From positions 352,001 through 416,000 of the forward strand of contig CAWJTV010000033.1 of the NCBI GenBank assembly GCA_963845755.1: 64,000 bases of DNA. Reading direction: 5' to 3'. The notes beneath the pieces are model-generated. The model had not been told where the DNA came from. It searched no databases and worked only from the letters and a program-made list of their open reading frames with translations. Positions within the stretch are counted from its first letter, which is position 1. Each line of letters starts with the position of its first letter. The stretch is from an uncultured Planctomycetota bacterium (GTDB taxonomy: Bacteria; Planctomycetota; Planctomycetia; Isosphaerales; Isosphaeraceae). Below are positions 20,436-31,378 of this stretch, one piece after another. A program made the position numbers and the translations under genes.

Positions 20436-21530
20436 ATGAGTCCCGAAGTCGAGATGACTCAGCCGGGTCGGAGCCGACCTGCCGCACCGATTCCGCTGGT
20501 AGATCGACCCATGGTCGAAGACACGGACATGGTTGAGACGCCCGACGAAATGGCGAATTGGCCGGCGTTGGTCGATCGTCTTCGGCGCTGCAGCGAACTG
20601 ATCAGCCCGGTCTTCCACGATCGCGATGCCGAGGCCAAGGATCACCAGAGATACCATCGACTCCTCACCACCCTGGCTGCCGTCTTCGGTACAGGCGCCG
20701 TCCTGTTCGCGATCCTGCAACTGGCGTATCCGGATCTGCTCGGTGGCACGACCCTGGAGGTCGTCGAGGTCGTGGCCGTGGTCGCGGCGCTCGCCGCGGT
20801 GGTGATGGGCGTGATCTCGGGCCGGCAAAGTCGGTGGCTACTCGAGCGGCATAAGGCCGAGCGGCTCCGGCTGGCCAAGTTCCGGTTCCTGATCGACCCG
20901 GCAACCTGGAGTGACCGCCCGGAGGACGTCGAGCATCGGGTCGCGGCCCTCCGCGCCGAGGTTGACCGCATTCAATCAATTACGTCACGCCAGTTCCGAG
21001 AGTGGACCGAGCAGGAAGATGTGCATCTGGAACCGCATCAGCGGCAAGACCAGCCCACCGGGGAAACGCGCGACCAACTGGTCGACTACTATCGGACCAA
21101 ACGCCTGTTGTTCCAACGCGATATCTTCCGCAGCCGGGCCAAGCGGCACGATCGATGGGATCGTGACAGCCGTCGCCTCGGGCCAATCCTGTTCCTCGGC
21201 AGTGTGTCCGCAGTCCTGGTCCACTTCGGGATCGACCTGTATAACCGGCGGAAGGGGTACAATGTGGACACCACGCCATTAATCCTGCTGGCCGCGGGCT
21301 TGCCCGTGGCCGGTGCCGGCATCCGCACCCTGCGCACGGCGTACGAGTTTGCTCGAAACACCAGTCGCTATCGCGCAAAGTCCGTCGCGCTGGATCGACT
21401 TGACCACATTCTTAAGGAAGAGCAGGATCCTCAGTCAGAGATTCGTTTGTTGGGGTACTCGGAAGAGCTTCTGGAATTCGAGCATCATGAATGGTGCCGG
21501 CTCATGATCGAGGCGGAGTGGCTTCCGTGA
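20436..21530 (+). CDS. SLATT/DUF4231-like membrane protein (two 2-TM units)
   Basis: GGAGG RBS; TM pair then RWLLERHKAERLR; YYRTKRLLFQRDIF; second TM pair then RYRA...EELLEFEHHEWCRLM. Confidence 0.65.
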   Translation: MSPEVEMTQPGRSRPAAPIPLVDRPMVEDTDMVETPDEMANWPALVDRLRRCSELISPVFHDRDAEAKDHQRYHRLLTTLAAVFGTGAVLFAILQLAYPDLLGGTTLEVVEVVAVVAALAAVVMGVISGRQSRWLLERHKAERLRLAKFRFLIDPATWSDRPEDVEHRVAALRAEVDRIQSITSRQFREWTEQEDVHLEPHQRQDQPTGETRDQLVDYYRTKRLLFQRDIFRSRAKRHDRWDRDSRRLGPILFLGSVSAVLVHFGIDLYNRRKGYNVDTTPLILLAAGLPVAGAGIRTLRTAYEFARNTSRYRAKSVALDRLDHILKEEQDPQSEIRLLGYSEELLEFEHHEWCRLMIEAEWLP

Positions 21531-21584
21531 GACGCACGGGGTATCGAGTTTGAGCGATTTCGCTCAACCAGAAAGCGGTGGACC

Positions 21585-21872
21585 TTGACATACAGACCTC
21601 GTCCGATCGATACGATGCAAGTCGAACTGACGCCCGAGCTCCTCCAACTCGTGGAACGATTGGCTGAGAACGTCCATGACGTCTGGGCAGCCAACCGGCT
21701 GGCGGCAGGCTGGAGACTCGGCCCCAGCCGGGATGGCGACCTCAAGCAGACCCCCTTGCTCGTGCCGTACGCGGAACTGCCCGAGTCGGAGAAGCACTAC
21801 GATCGCGACCTGGCACTGGCGACCCTCAAGGCGATCCTGGCGCTGGGATATCAGATCGAGCCAATAAAATGA
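21585..21872 (+). CDS. stand-alone RyR (ryanodine receptor repeat) domain protein
   Basis: YRPRPIDT..V.L...L..LVERLAENVHDVWA..R...GW..GP.RD...K..PLLVPYAELPESEK.YDR...TLKAILALGY. Confidence 0.9.
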   Translation: MTYRPRPIDTMQVELTPELLQLVERLAENVHDVWAANRLAAGWRLGPSRDGDLKQTPLLVPYAELPESEKHYDRDLALATLKAILALGYQIEPIK

Positions 21873-22028
21873 GGTCCAGGATCACGCAGCAGGGAGCGAA
21901 GCGAGACTCGCGTGGCACCGAAGGAACACTGCATGTCTGGTGCTCTTGACAATCTCGTTGGTGGTCTCCACAAGATGATGATCCCTGACATCCTCGACCA
22001 TTCCGGAGATACGGCGATAACTCGGGGT

Positions 22029-22712
22029 ATGTGGTGGAAACGTGGCACCCTGCTCGCGGGGCTTCTCGCGGTTCCGACGCTCGGGATCGGTGACACAGGC
22101 ATAGAACGAAAGGTTCAGCCATTGGGAGGCCAGAAGACACGCGCCGCAACCGAAGGCAGGAAGTTCTCCCACGAAGAGACCCTCCGCTGGATTGGGGAGA
22201 ACAAAGCGTGGCGGCTGGCACGGAAGAACCGGCCGATCTGGGCCCGGCCGGTCGAGCCGGAGGAGGTCGGCAAGGAGTTCCAGACGGCCGATCACGTCAG
22301 GGAGAAGGCCCCCGCTGGCGTTTGGCTCTGTGTGGGAGTGGTCGGCGAACCGTGGTTCCAGGCTTTCGAGAAGATCGAAGGCAAATACGAGCGCGACGGC
22401 CAGGAAACCCGGACCTTCGCGTTCGATGGGAATCCACGGACCTACCGGAAGTACAAGCCCAAGGGGACGATCCGCAACTGGGTTGCGCAGGTCAAGGGAC
22501 CCGGCATCGCGGGGTTTTATGTCCGGCCAGGGTACGATCCCGCCCGCCCGCTCTATTCACCGCCCGGCGGATACGTCGTCAAGGACGACGTGGCGGATCC
22601 CTATCGCGACGAGCCGAAAGACGTCTGGCTGGTCCAGCAGTCGCTGTTCGAGAGCACCTATGAAATCATCCGGGATCGACGACCGGGCAAGGCAACCCCG
22701 AAGCGTCGATGA
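22029..22712 (+). CDS. hypothetical protein, PGDYG-like duplicated fold (start uncertain)
   Basis: two similar units GVWLCVGVVGEPWF..KYE and GGYVVK...DVWLVQQSLFESTYE. Confidence 0.5.
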   Translation: MWWKRGTLLAGLLAVPTLGIGDTGIERKVQPLGGQKTRAATEGRKFSHEETLRWIGENKAWRLARKNRPIWARPVEPEEVGKEFQTADHVREKAPAGVWLCVGVVGEPWFQAFEKIEGKYERDGQETRTFAFDGNPRTYRKYKPKGTIRNWVAQVKGPGIAGFYVRPGYDPARPLYSPPGGYVVKDDVADPYRDEPKDVWLVQQSLFESTYEIIRDRRPGKATPKRR

Positions 22713-22723
22713 TGCTGCCGTCC

Positions 22724-24857
22724 TCATTCGCGTGAGACGAGGATGACCACGGTGCGACCCGCCACGGTGTGGGTACTGCCGGCGACGAGCGGCTCTTGAC
22801 CGGCCTCGACGCTGTCCAGGGGCGATGGCTGGCTCGTATCCACGGACCGGTACCAGCGCCGACCGGGGATCGGCATGATGTCGAACTCCAGCGGCTCCCA
22901 GTACGTGTTCATCATGACGTGGAGGTCCTCGCCGCCGGTAAGGCCCCCCAGCGTGAAAGCCAGGGCTCGGGCGTCGGGGTCGTCCCAGCCCGGCTGGCCG
23001 AGCTTGGTGCCGTGCCAGGTCACGTCGGCCACGCCCCGCGCGTCTTTCTGGCCCGTGTAGAACTCCGGCAGGGAGAGCGTGGAGTGCGCCTTGCGGAAGG
23101 CAATCAGGCGGGTCCAGAACCGGAGCAGACCCGCATTCGCCCCAGGGAGATTCCAGTCGAACCAGCTCACGACATTGTCCTGGCAGTAGGCGTTGTTGTT
23201 CCCGCCCTGGGTGCGCCCGACCTCATCACCCATCACGAACATCGGCAAGCCCCGCGAGAGCATCAGGATCGCGGCGAAGTTCTTGATCTGGCAGACCCGC
23301 AGCGCCTGGATCGCCGGATCGGTCGTGTCGCCCTCGGCCCCGCAATTCCAGCTCGAATTGTCGTTGTTGCCATCGCGGTTGTCCTCGCCGTTGGCCTCGT
23401 TGTGCTTCTCGTTGTAGGAGACGAGGTCGTTGAGCGTGAAACCATCGTGGCAGGTGACGAAATTGATGCTATTGATCGGTAAATGCCCGCGCGACTGGTA
23501 CAGATCCGGGCTGCCGGCGATCCGCGTCGCGACCGCTCCCACGAGGCCCGGATCCCCCTTGACGAACTTGCGAATCGTGTCGCGGTACGAGCCGTTCCAC
23601 TCCGACCATCGGTAGCCCGGGTAATGGCCAACCTCGTAGGCCCCGTAGGCATCCCAGGCTTCCGCGATGATCCGGCTGTCTGACAGCGTATCCGATAATT
23701 CGATGTCCCAGATCACCGGCGGATTGGTCAGGATCGAGCCGTCCTCGCCGCGCGTCAATACGGTCCCCTCGTCGAAGCGAAAGCCGTTGACGTGCATCGC
23801 GTCGACCCAGTACTCGAGCGACTCCACGATCAACTTCCGACCGATCGGATGGTTGCACTGCAAGGTATTCCCGCACCCCGTGTAATCGAAATAAAACTGA
23901 CCATTCCCCGGCACGAGGTAGTAGTAATTGCTGTTGTCCAGGCCCTTGTAGCAATAGATCGGGCCGTCCTGATTCCCCTCATCCGTGTGGTTGAACACCA
24001 CGTCGAGGAACACCTGGATTCCCGCCCGATGCAACGCCTTGACCATATCGCGGAACTCGCGGACATGAGCCGCCCTCTGGGGGTTCGTGCAATACCCCGA
24101 GTGCGGGGCGAAGAAGCCCATCGTGCTGTATCCCCAGTAGTTCCTCAGGGGAGTGCCGTTGAATTCGCGCAAGACGTCGGTCTCGTCGAATTCGTGGACC
24201 GGCAGCAGCTCGACGGCCGTCACCCCGAGCGCCTTCAAGTAGGGGATCTTCTCGATCACACCGCTGAACTTCCCGGGATGTTGAACCTGGGCGCCGGGCG
24301 ATTGGGTGAATCCGCGGCACGTGCATCTCGTAGATGATCCGGGGCTCGCTCATGGGAGGATGAAGGGGCTGATCTCCCTCCCAATCGTAGCCGTCCTGGA
24401 CATCGATGATCCCGGTCCGGAGGGACGTTGCCAGGTTGTCGCCCGGTACGCAGGCGGCCCCGCGGTTCCAGAGGCGCTTGGTCATGCCCCGGGAGTAAGG
24501 GTCGATGAGGACCTTCTGGACGTCGAACCGCTGTCCCGCCGCGAGATCGTGCGGTCCGTCAACCCGGTAGCCATAGAACACCCCGGGTTTCAGCCCGCGC
24601 ACGTACGCGTGCCAGATCACGAATGACCTGTTGACCAGGGGGTCGAGCGGAATCGTCTGGATCGGCTGGGGATCGTCGTACTTCGCGAAGAGCAAGAGTT
24701 GGACGGCGGTCGCGTGCTCGCTGAAGAGGGCGAAGTTCACCCCGTCACGGTCCGGTGTGGCACCCAGCGGGTGATTCGCTCCCGGTTCGACCGAGTACGC
24801 GATCGAGGCGTCTTGACGATTCACGGGCGGTTCCTTGGTTACGGTGAGGACTGACAT
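22724..24857 (-). CDS. glgX: glycogen debranching enzyme / isoamylase (GH13), frameshifts near 24260-24350
   Basis: HPLGATPD..GVNFALFS; VELLPVHEF; NYWGYST; DVVFNHT; GFRFD; IAEAWD; NFVTCHDGFTL; WNCG.EG; QGGNNNAYCQDN. Confidence 0.92.
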
Positions 24858-24911
24858 GAGACCACCTGAGATTGGGTTGAGCGAATCGGCCCAAACGGAC
24901 CATTCGAAGTG

Positions 24912-25700
24912 TCATCGGCCATCCCGGATCGCCTGCTCCGCGAGCCGCCGGGCGTTCCCCTGACCGAGGGCCTCGGCCTGCTGGGGCGCCAGGACCGATT
25001 CCTTGAGCTTCAGGTGGGCCGCTTCGGCGTAGAAGAACGGCGCGTGCGAGCCGAACAGGATCCGATCGTGCCCGATCTGGGCGACCAGTCGTTCGAGACC
25101 GGCCGCGCCTTCGAGCGTGGCGATATCGACCCAGATCCCTCCGGTCGCGAACAGCTTCTTCTGAGACTCGCCGAGAAAGTTCCCCAGGGCATTGAGGAGG
25201 ACAACCGGCGGATGAGACGGCGTGGCCAGCAAGCCGATTAGCGGGCGGGCGTCGGTCGTCGGCAGTCCCTTCAAGAGCGGGTGGAGCGTACGATCATCCT
25301 CCATCTTGAGTGCGATCTGGACGATCAGTTTGCGCCGGGCGGCTTCGCTCAGCAGTTCGGCGAAGGCGGGATGGTCGAGGGTATAGCCGTGATAGTTGGG
25401 ATGGAGACGAACTCCTGGCATCCGGTGCTGTTCGTGACAGCGGCGCAGGTCCTCGCGCCAGTCGGGCAGCAGCGGGTTGACGGCGCCAAACGGCCGAAAC
25501 AATCCATCGCCATGGGCCCGACACGTCTCGACCAGCCGCGCGTTCACACTCGCCAGGTCGCGGTGCAGGAGCGCATCGAAGCTGCCGGCCCACGCCTCGG
25601 TTACTCCCAGACTACGGAGCCGGCGCACCAGGGCCGCGGGCTCGTCGTCCGGGAGCCGGCGGAACGGCCATCGCGAGAGCCAGACATTGACGTCGATCAT
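24912..25700 (-). CDS. amidohydrolase family protein
   Basis: MIDVN, GVRLHPNYHGY, ILFGSHAPF. Confidence 0.8.
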   Translation of the reverse strand: MIDVNVWLSRWPFRRLPDDEPAALVRRLRSLGVTEAWAGSFDALLHRDLASVNARLVETCRAHGDGLFRPFGAVNPLLPDWREDLRRCHEQHRMPGVRLHPNYHGYTLDHPAFAELLSEAARRKLIVQIALKMEDDRTLHPLLKGLPTTDARPLIGLLATPSHPPVVLLNALGNFLGESQKKLFATGGIWVDIATLEGAAGLERLVAQIGHDRILFGSHAPFFYAEAAHLKLKESVLAPQQAEALGQGNARRLAEQAIRDGR

Positions 25701-26477
25701 GGCTTGACCCCCTTCGCGTCGAGGATCGGCGTCAACAGGCGCCGGAGGTTCTCGCCGAGAATGAGCCGGCGATCCACCTCGGCGATGTCAGCTCCCATCA
25801 CCTTGGCGAGCTGCGACGCGAAGCTCCGGCCGGGTACGTCGCTGCCATAGACGATTCGCCGCGCACTCAGCTCGCGCACGGCCATCTCGACGAAGCCCGC
25901 CGTCGGGTCGGACCCGGCCAGGCCGATCGCGACGTTGGGCAGGTGGCGCACCACGCGGATGCCCAACTCCCACTGACCGCCGGTGTGTCCGCAGATGATC
26001 GACGCCTTCGGATGCCGCGACGCCAGGGCGGCCAGGTCCATCGGCGATGACTCGCCCGGCTCGTTGCCGCCGGCCTTGATCCAGGTGTGCTGGAAGACGA
26101 CCGCCTTCAACTCCTCCGCGCCGGACCAGGGCGTCGGCCTCGGGACAGTCGCACCGCGCGGCGACCCAGAGCTTCAGTCCGACCATCGGCCCGTCGCGGA
26201 CGCAGCGATCGATCTCGCGCAGGCTCGCCTCGACGTGCTTCGGATTCACGTACACGAACCCGAAAGCCCGATGATGCCAGTGGCTCAGCGCCTGGAGGAC
26301 CTGGTCGTTCTGCCGCCGTAGTTCCTCCGGCGACGGGTTGACGACCGTGCGCATGCCCATGTAGATGACCAGACGGTCAATCCCCATCCGGTCAGCCAGC
26401 CCGATCAACCGGGCCATCGACTCGTCAGGCGTCCGGCCGCCAGGGCTCGTGAGATGGCAGTGAAGGTCCCAGATCAT
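25697..26477 (-). CDS. amidohydrolase_2 family protein (frameshift near 26115)
   Basis: WDLHCH, GLKL, QHTW, GHTGG, VYGSD motifs. Confidence 0.85.
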
Positions 26478-26583
26478 TGTTCCAGCAGGTCGTTGGTAGT
26501 AGGTTGTTGGTAGTAGGCCGAGAACCAAAAACCGACTGATTGTTTCTACAGTCTTCAACGGCCTACTGCCTACTATCTACTGC

Positions 26584-27090
26584 CTACTGCTCCTGGATTT
26601 TCAGGAGGTACGCGATCAAATCGGCCATCTGCGCCGGGGTGACGGATTTCTCGAGCCCCTCGGGCATCAGGGATTTGCCGGTGTTCCGGATCTCGGCGAT
26701 GTTGCGACGGAGGATGGTCTGTTCGGCTCCGTCGCGGGCGCGGAGCGTGAGACTGACGGGCGTCTCGGCCGCGATGAGCCCGGCGACAATCCGGCCGTCG
26801 TCCAGAGCGATCGTGTATTCCAGGAACTCGGGTGAAACCTCGCGATTCGGGTCGACAATGCTCATCAGGATTTCATCGGGGGTCTTGCGACGGATGCTGG
26901 CGAGGTTCGGTCAGACGGCCTCTGCGGCAAGGGGGTCGAGATGGAAACCTCCCTGGACCCGGAAGAACTCGCGGGCCTCGGCGGGCATCCTGGGCGTGGT
27001 CCGCGGCAATGGGTCGGTGGCGCCGGGATCAGTCCAGGAGATCATGACAAGTATGGCGAAGAGTGGCCCGATCGCGTGCGGATTTCCCAT
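26584..27090 (-). pseudogene. internally deleted PVC-type heme-binding membrane dehydrogenase remnant
   Basis: N-terminus (signal, EFFRVQGGFHLDPLAAE) abuts the C-terminal cytochrome part (PNLASI..ILMSIVDPNREV..SLMPEGLEK..MADLIAYL); propeller and CxxCH missing. Confidence 0.55.
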
Positions 27091-27094
27091 CCTC

Positions 27095-28127
27095 TCAGTC
27101 CGTCGTGATGAGCAGATACTTCTGGCCCCAGTCGGCATCGGGCGACTCGCCTCCTTCGTGTTTCGCCGCCCACTCGAGACACTGCCTCCGCTGGGAAGGA
27201 TCCTTGGGGAGTTTGACGGCGAGCTGGGCTGTGAGTAGCAAATTGCCGACCGCGGCCGGTTCCAGGACGTAGACCTTCTCGGCGCCTCGATCGTAAAAGC
27301 CGCTCACCATCTCCCGCGCGGTCTGGGGGGGCATTTCCATCACCCTATGGGTTGGGTACTTGACCGGATCGAGCCACTCGCGGGCCTCCGCCGTGGTCGA
27401 CTGCTCGATCATCGCGTCAACCTGCTTGTCCATCTCGGCGGCCGCAGCCTTGGGATCAAAGGCAAAGTCCTCGTCGGTAGCCGAATGGACCGCGTTGGCC
27501 CGGGTCGCGACTCGCTCGAATTTATTGAGGATTCGATAGATCCGCCAGCCAAACAGGGCGAACGCCAACACCGCAGCGAACGAGACGCCCACAGTTGCGT
27601 TGCTGACCCTCGTCTTTTCGATCTTCGCCGCCCGCTTGGCGATTTTCTTCTTCTGGGCGTCCGTGAGGGGCTTGTAGGGCTTGAGCCGTGAAGGCAGCGG
27701 CGCCGAGTCGTCGCCGCCGGTACTTGCTTGCGATGTTTCGTCCGGCTGGCCCCCTTGACTCCGAGGCGCCGACGGCTCCTCATTCAAACCATACACGTCC
27801 AGGCCGGAGGGCGTCAGAGATTCGGAGCCTCCGGCTCCCCCGGAGGAAGGTCGGGCCGAATCAGTCCGCTCCGGTGCGGTCGCGCGCAACCTGGATGCGG
27901 AACAAGGTGCCGCAACTCTTGCAGATGGTCTTCTTGCCGGCGTGTTCGGGGGAAATCCAGTGCCCCTGCCCGCAATGATCGCATTCCACGCGCAGCTTCG
28001 GGGCATCCTCCGTGGTGGGGAGGCGCATCACCTCGCCACACTCCTTGCAGGTCTTCCGACGTCCGGCGTATTTGTCGTCGAAAGCGTACGGCTTTCCGCA
28101 GGCCGGACACTGGCCCGTGATACTCAT
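27095..28127 (-). CDS. zinc-ribbon membrane protein (frameshift near 27870)
   Basis: CPACG..CKECG and CDHCG..CKSCG; P/S-rich linker; one TM helix; C-terminal globular domain. Confidence 0.7.
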
Positions 28128-28386
28128 CGATCTGACCTCGAGATGTGACTTCGTCGGCTCCGTGCCGTACTGCGAGATTCTGAACCATCTACGGGGTTCG
28201 ACACAAGACCTTCCCGAGGAATCAACTGCCGGCGGTGACTCCCCGGCCCCTACGCGCGATCATTCTCGCGATCGAGAGGCGAGTTCATGGGAGGATCGTG
28301 CCTTCAAACATGGTTGTGGTCTGGGAACAAGGTATTCGAAAGTCTTTTCTCTTATTAGGCTTAACGCTAATTCAACGATATTGCCG

Positions 28387-29053
28387 TTAAGGCGTAGGTT
28401 TGCGGCTCGCCGGTTTCTTGCGAGGGGATTTCACCTTCGCCCAGTCGTCCGCGACTTTCAACAGCCGGGCCAGCGGCAGCTCGAAGCCGGGTAGGAGCGC
28501 CGTGCGATAGGTCTCCTCGGCCTTGACGATCGTCTCGGTGGCCTCACCGGGGATGTTCTTGAAGATGACCATCGTGCGGTCGAAGCGGTCGATGACCCAG
28601 TATTCCCGGACGCCGATCGCCTGGTACTCGCGCCGCTTCTCCTGGTAATCCCGCACGCGATCCCGCTTCCGCTTCGAGACGAACTCGGCCACGATCGCGG
28701 GGATGTCCACAACCGGATCCGGCACGCGGCCCAGCCCGATCCAGACGACTCGGTCGGTGGCGCCGGCGACTGTCCGGAAGCGGGATATATTGCTCGGCCA
28801 GCGTCTTGTCCAGGCTTTTCCCTTCGGCGTGGGTTGCCTGATACAGGCGAAAGAGGAAGTCGAGTTCTCCATTGGGATCGCGCTCGGATTCGCCGGGTGG
28901 TGGGCTCACGATCAACACTCCATGGATCAACTCGTAGACGTAGCGGTCGTCACAATCGGTGACGGCGTCGAACTCCTCGGGCGTCATCAGCATGCCGTTG
29001 GACGATCGATCGAGCCGGAGCCTCTTGATTTTCGGTGCGGAAGCGGTGCTCAT
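28387..29053 (-). CDS. Uma2 family endonuclease (frameshift near 28760)
   Basis: MTPEEFD, YELIHGVLIVSPPP, IVAEFVS, RDYQEKRREY..IGVREYWVID, LLPGFELPL. Confidence 0.88.
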
Positions 29054-29113
29054 GATCGACGCTTACCCCATGGATTCGAGCCACGGATTGAACTCATCCC
29101 GATCCTGATCATT

Positions 29114-30026
29114 CTACTGCGCCGGGACGCTGGTACAGGAGACCTTGCGATCGATGCGCTTGAGCAACCCGGTGAGGACACGGCCAGGGCCAATCTCGTA
29201 GAAGGTATCGAACCCATCCGCGAGCATTCGTCGCATCGAGTCTTCCCAGCGAACGCCCTGGAGGACCTGGGCCACCAGGGTGCGGCGGATATCGTCCGGA
29301 TCGGAATGGGGCAGGGCGTTGACGTTGGAGTAGACCGGGATCCGCGGCGAAGCGATGGGAGTCTGGGCCAGAGCCTGCGCGAGCTGTTCGTCGGCCGGCT
29401 TCATCAGATCGGAGTGGAACGCGCCGGCGACGGAGAGCGGGACGGCCTTCATGGCACCCAACTCGGTGGCGATCGCGGGGACTTGCTCCAGGGCCGCCTT
29501 CTCCCCCGAGACGACGATGTTGCCCGGACCGAGCAGGTTGGCCTTCCAGAGCCGTCCCGAGGGTGCAATGCGCCGGCAGAGCTCGTTGCACAGCCGGCTC
29601 TTCGAGGCCGAGGACGCTGGTCATGCCGCTCGGCGTCGCCAGTGCCGCGGCCTGCATGGCCTGCCCGCGACGTCGGACGACCTGGAGGCCTGCCTCGAAT
29701 TCCAATGCCCCGGCGAACACCAGCGCGGTGTACTCGCCCAGACTCAGCCCGGCCGCTCCCTCGGCCGAGGCGACGAGATCCGAATTGCCGGCCTTCAGGC
29801 TTTCGAGGGCCGCCAGGCTGGCCACGAAGATCGCCGGCTGGCTCACGTCGGTCGCCCCGAGCGCCTCGGCCGGACCCTCGATGCACAGGCGCCTCAAGTC
29901 GATCCCGAGCAGCTCGCTGGCCCGGTCGAATAAGACTCGAACCGCGGGCAGCTCCCGGTCCAACTCGCGGCACATCCCCACAAACTGCGCCCCCTGGCCG
30001 GGGAAGAGAAAGGCGATCCTTGGCAT
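29114..30026 (-). CDS. fabD: malonyl-CoA:ACP transacylase (frameshift near 29580)
   Basis: AFLFPGQGAQ, GLSLGEY, VAGAFHS, EIGPGRVL. Confidence 0.95.
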
Positions 30027-30112
30027 GGGCGTCCTTCCATCAGCGGACTCGGTGGGAGACATGTCGTGATCGCGTCGCGAACATCTCCCGTATCCGCAAT
30101 CGCTGGTCTCGT

Positions 30113-31173
30113 TCATAGCGGAGGGGCGGCGGCCTCGACGCCGGGGCATTCCGGGGCCGGCGATGGGGCGCCGGCCAACTGCTCGACGATCCGGGCGCTC
30201 GAGCGCTCGGAGGCCATCGTCCCGGCGACGCGGAGGGCATTCCTGATCGCCCGGACGCCGGAGGAGCCGTGGCAGATGATGCAGGCGCCGCGGATGCCCA
30301 GCAGCGGGGCACCACCGAACTCCTCATACTCATACCGGGCCTTGAGCCGCTTGAGGCTCGCAACGATCTTCTGGCCCGCGTCGCCCGGCAGGTCGGGCAA
30401 GAGCCGTGCGAGTTCCTGTTTGAGCTCCGAGAACAGGAACTCGACGGCCCCCTCGCCGGCCTTGAGCAGGACGTTGCCGACGAACCCATCGCAGATGACG
30501 ACCCGGACGTGTCCTTCATAGATATCGCGACCCTCGACATTGCCGTTGAATCGACCTGACCAGGCGCTTGCCTGATACATGGCCCGGGTCGCGCGCGTCA
30601 ACTCGGTCCCCTTCTCATCCTCGGTTCCCACGTTCAGGAGGCCAATGCGGGGGCTGGTCACACCCAGGATCTCCTCAGCGTACACGGCGCCCATGACGCC
30701 GTACTGATAGAGGTCCTCGGCCTTGGCATTCATGTTGGCGCCGACATCGATGATGACGATCGGGCCCTGATGCGACGGGAAGATCGCGGCAATACCGGGG
30801 CGGCGGACACCCGGGAGGAACATCTTCGCATTAAACAAAGCAGAGGCCACCATCGCGCCGGTGTTCCCGGCCGAAACGACCGCGTTGACCTCGCCGGCGG
30901 CCATCATCCCCCAGCATCGGGAGATCGAGCTGTCGCGCTTCTTCCTCAGGGCATCGACCGGCTTCTCGTCCATGCCGATGGCCTGGCTGGCATGGACGAT
31001 CGGCAGCCGGTCCCGGGCGCGGCCGGCGCCTTGGCCAGCTCCGCCTCGATCCGATCCTTGTCTCCGACGAGCACCGCTGTCAGCTCGGCCTGCTCCATGA
31101 TCGCCTCACAGGCTCCCGCAACGATCGGCCCGGGGGCGAAATCGCCCCCCATCGCATCTAGCCCTATGCGCAT
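30113..31173 (-). CDS. plsX: phosphate acyltransferase PlsX (frameshifted)
   Basis: MRIGLDAMGGDFAP, SAGNTGA, DVGAN, LLNVGTEDEKG, CDGFVGN, GGAPLLG, CHGSS. Confidence 0.95.
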
Positions 31174-31378
31174 TTCACAACGCCTTTCGGCATCACTGAG
31201 GACAATGCAAATCTCCTCGCATCGCGTTCGCGGCGACGCGCTTCTCTGTTCTACGCATCTTGGCATCACTGAGGGCAGCACGAAAGGGGAAAGTGCCGCA
31301 CTCTTTGGTAGTCATCGACTTTCGTTATCGCAAATAGCAGGACTCCGGATTCATCGTAGGAGGCGTCGCGCGGGCCTG

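Noticed and set aside
26490..26590. GCCTACT / AGTAGG heptamer tracts
   Set aside because: Ordinary intergenic simple repeats with no evidence of further function.
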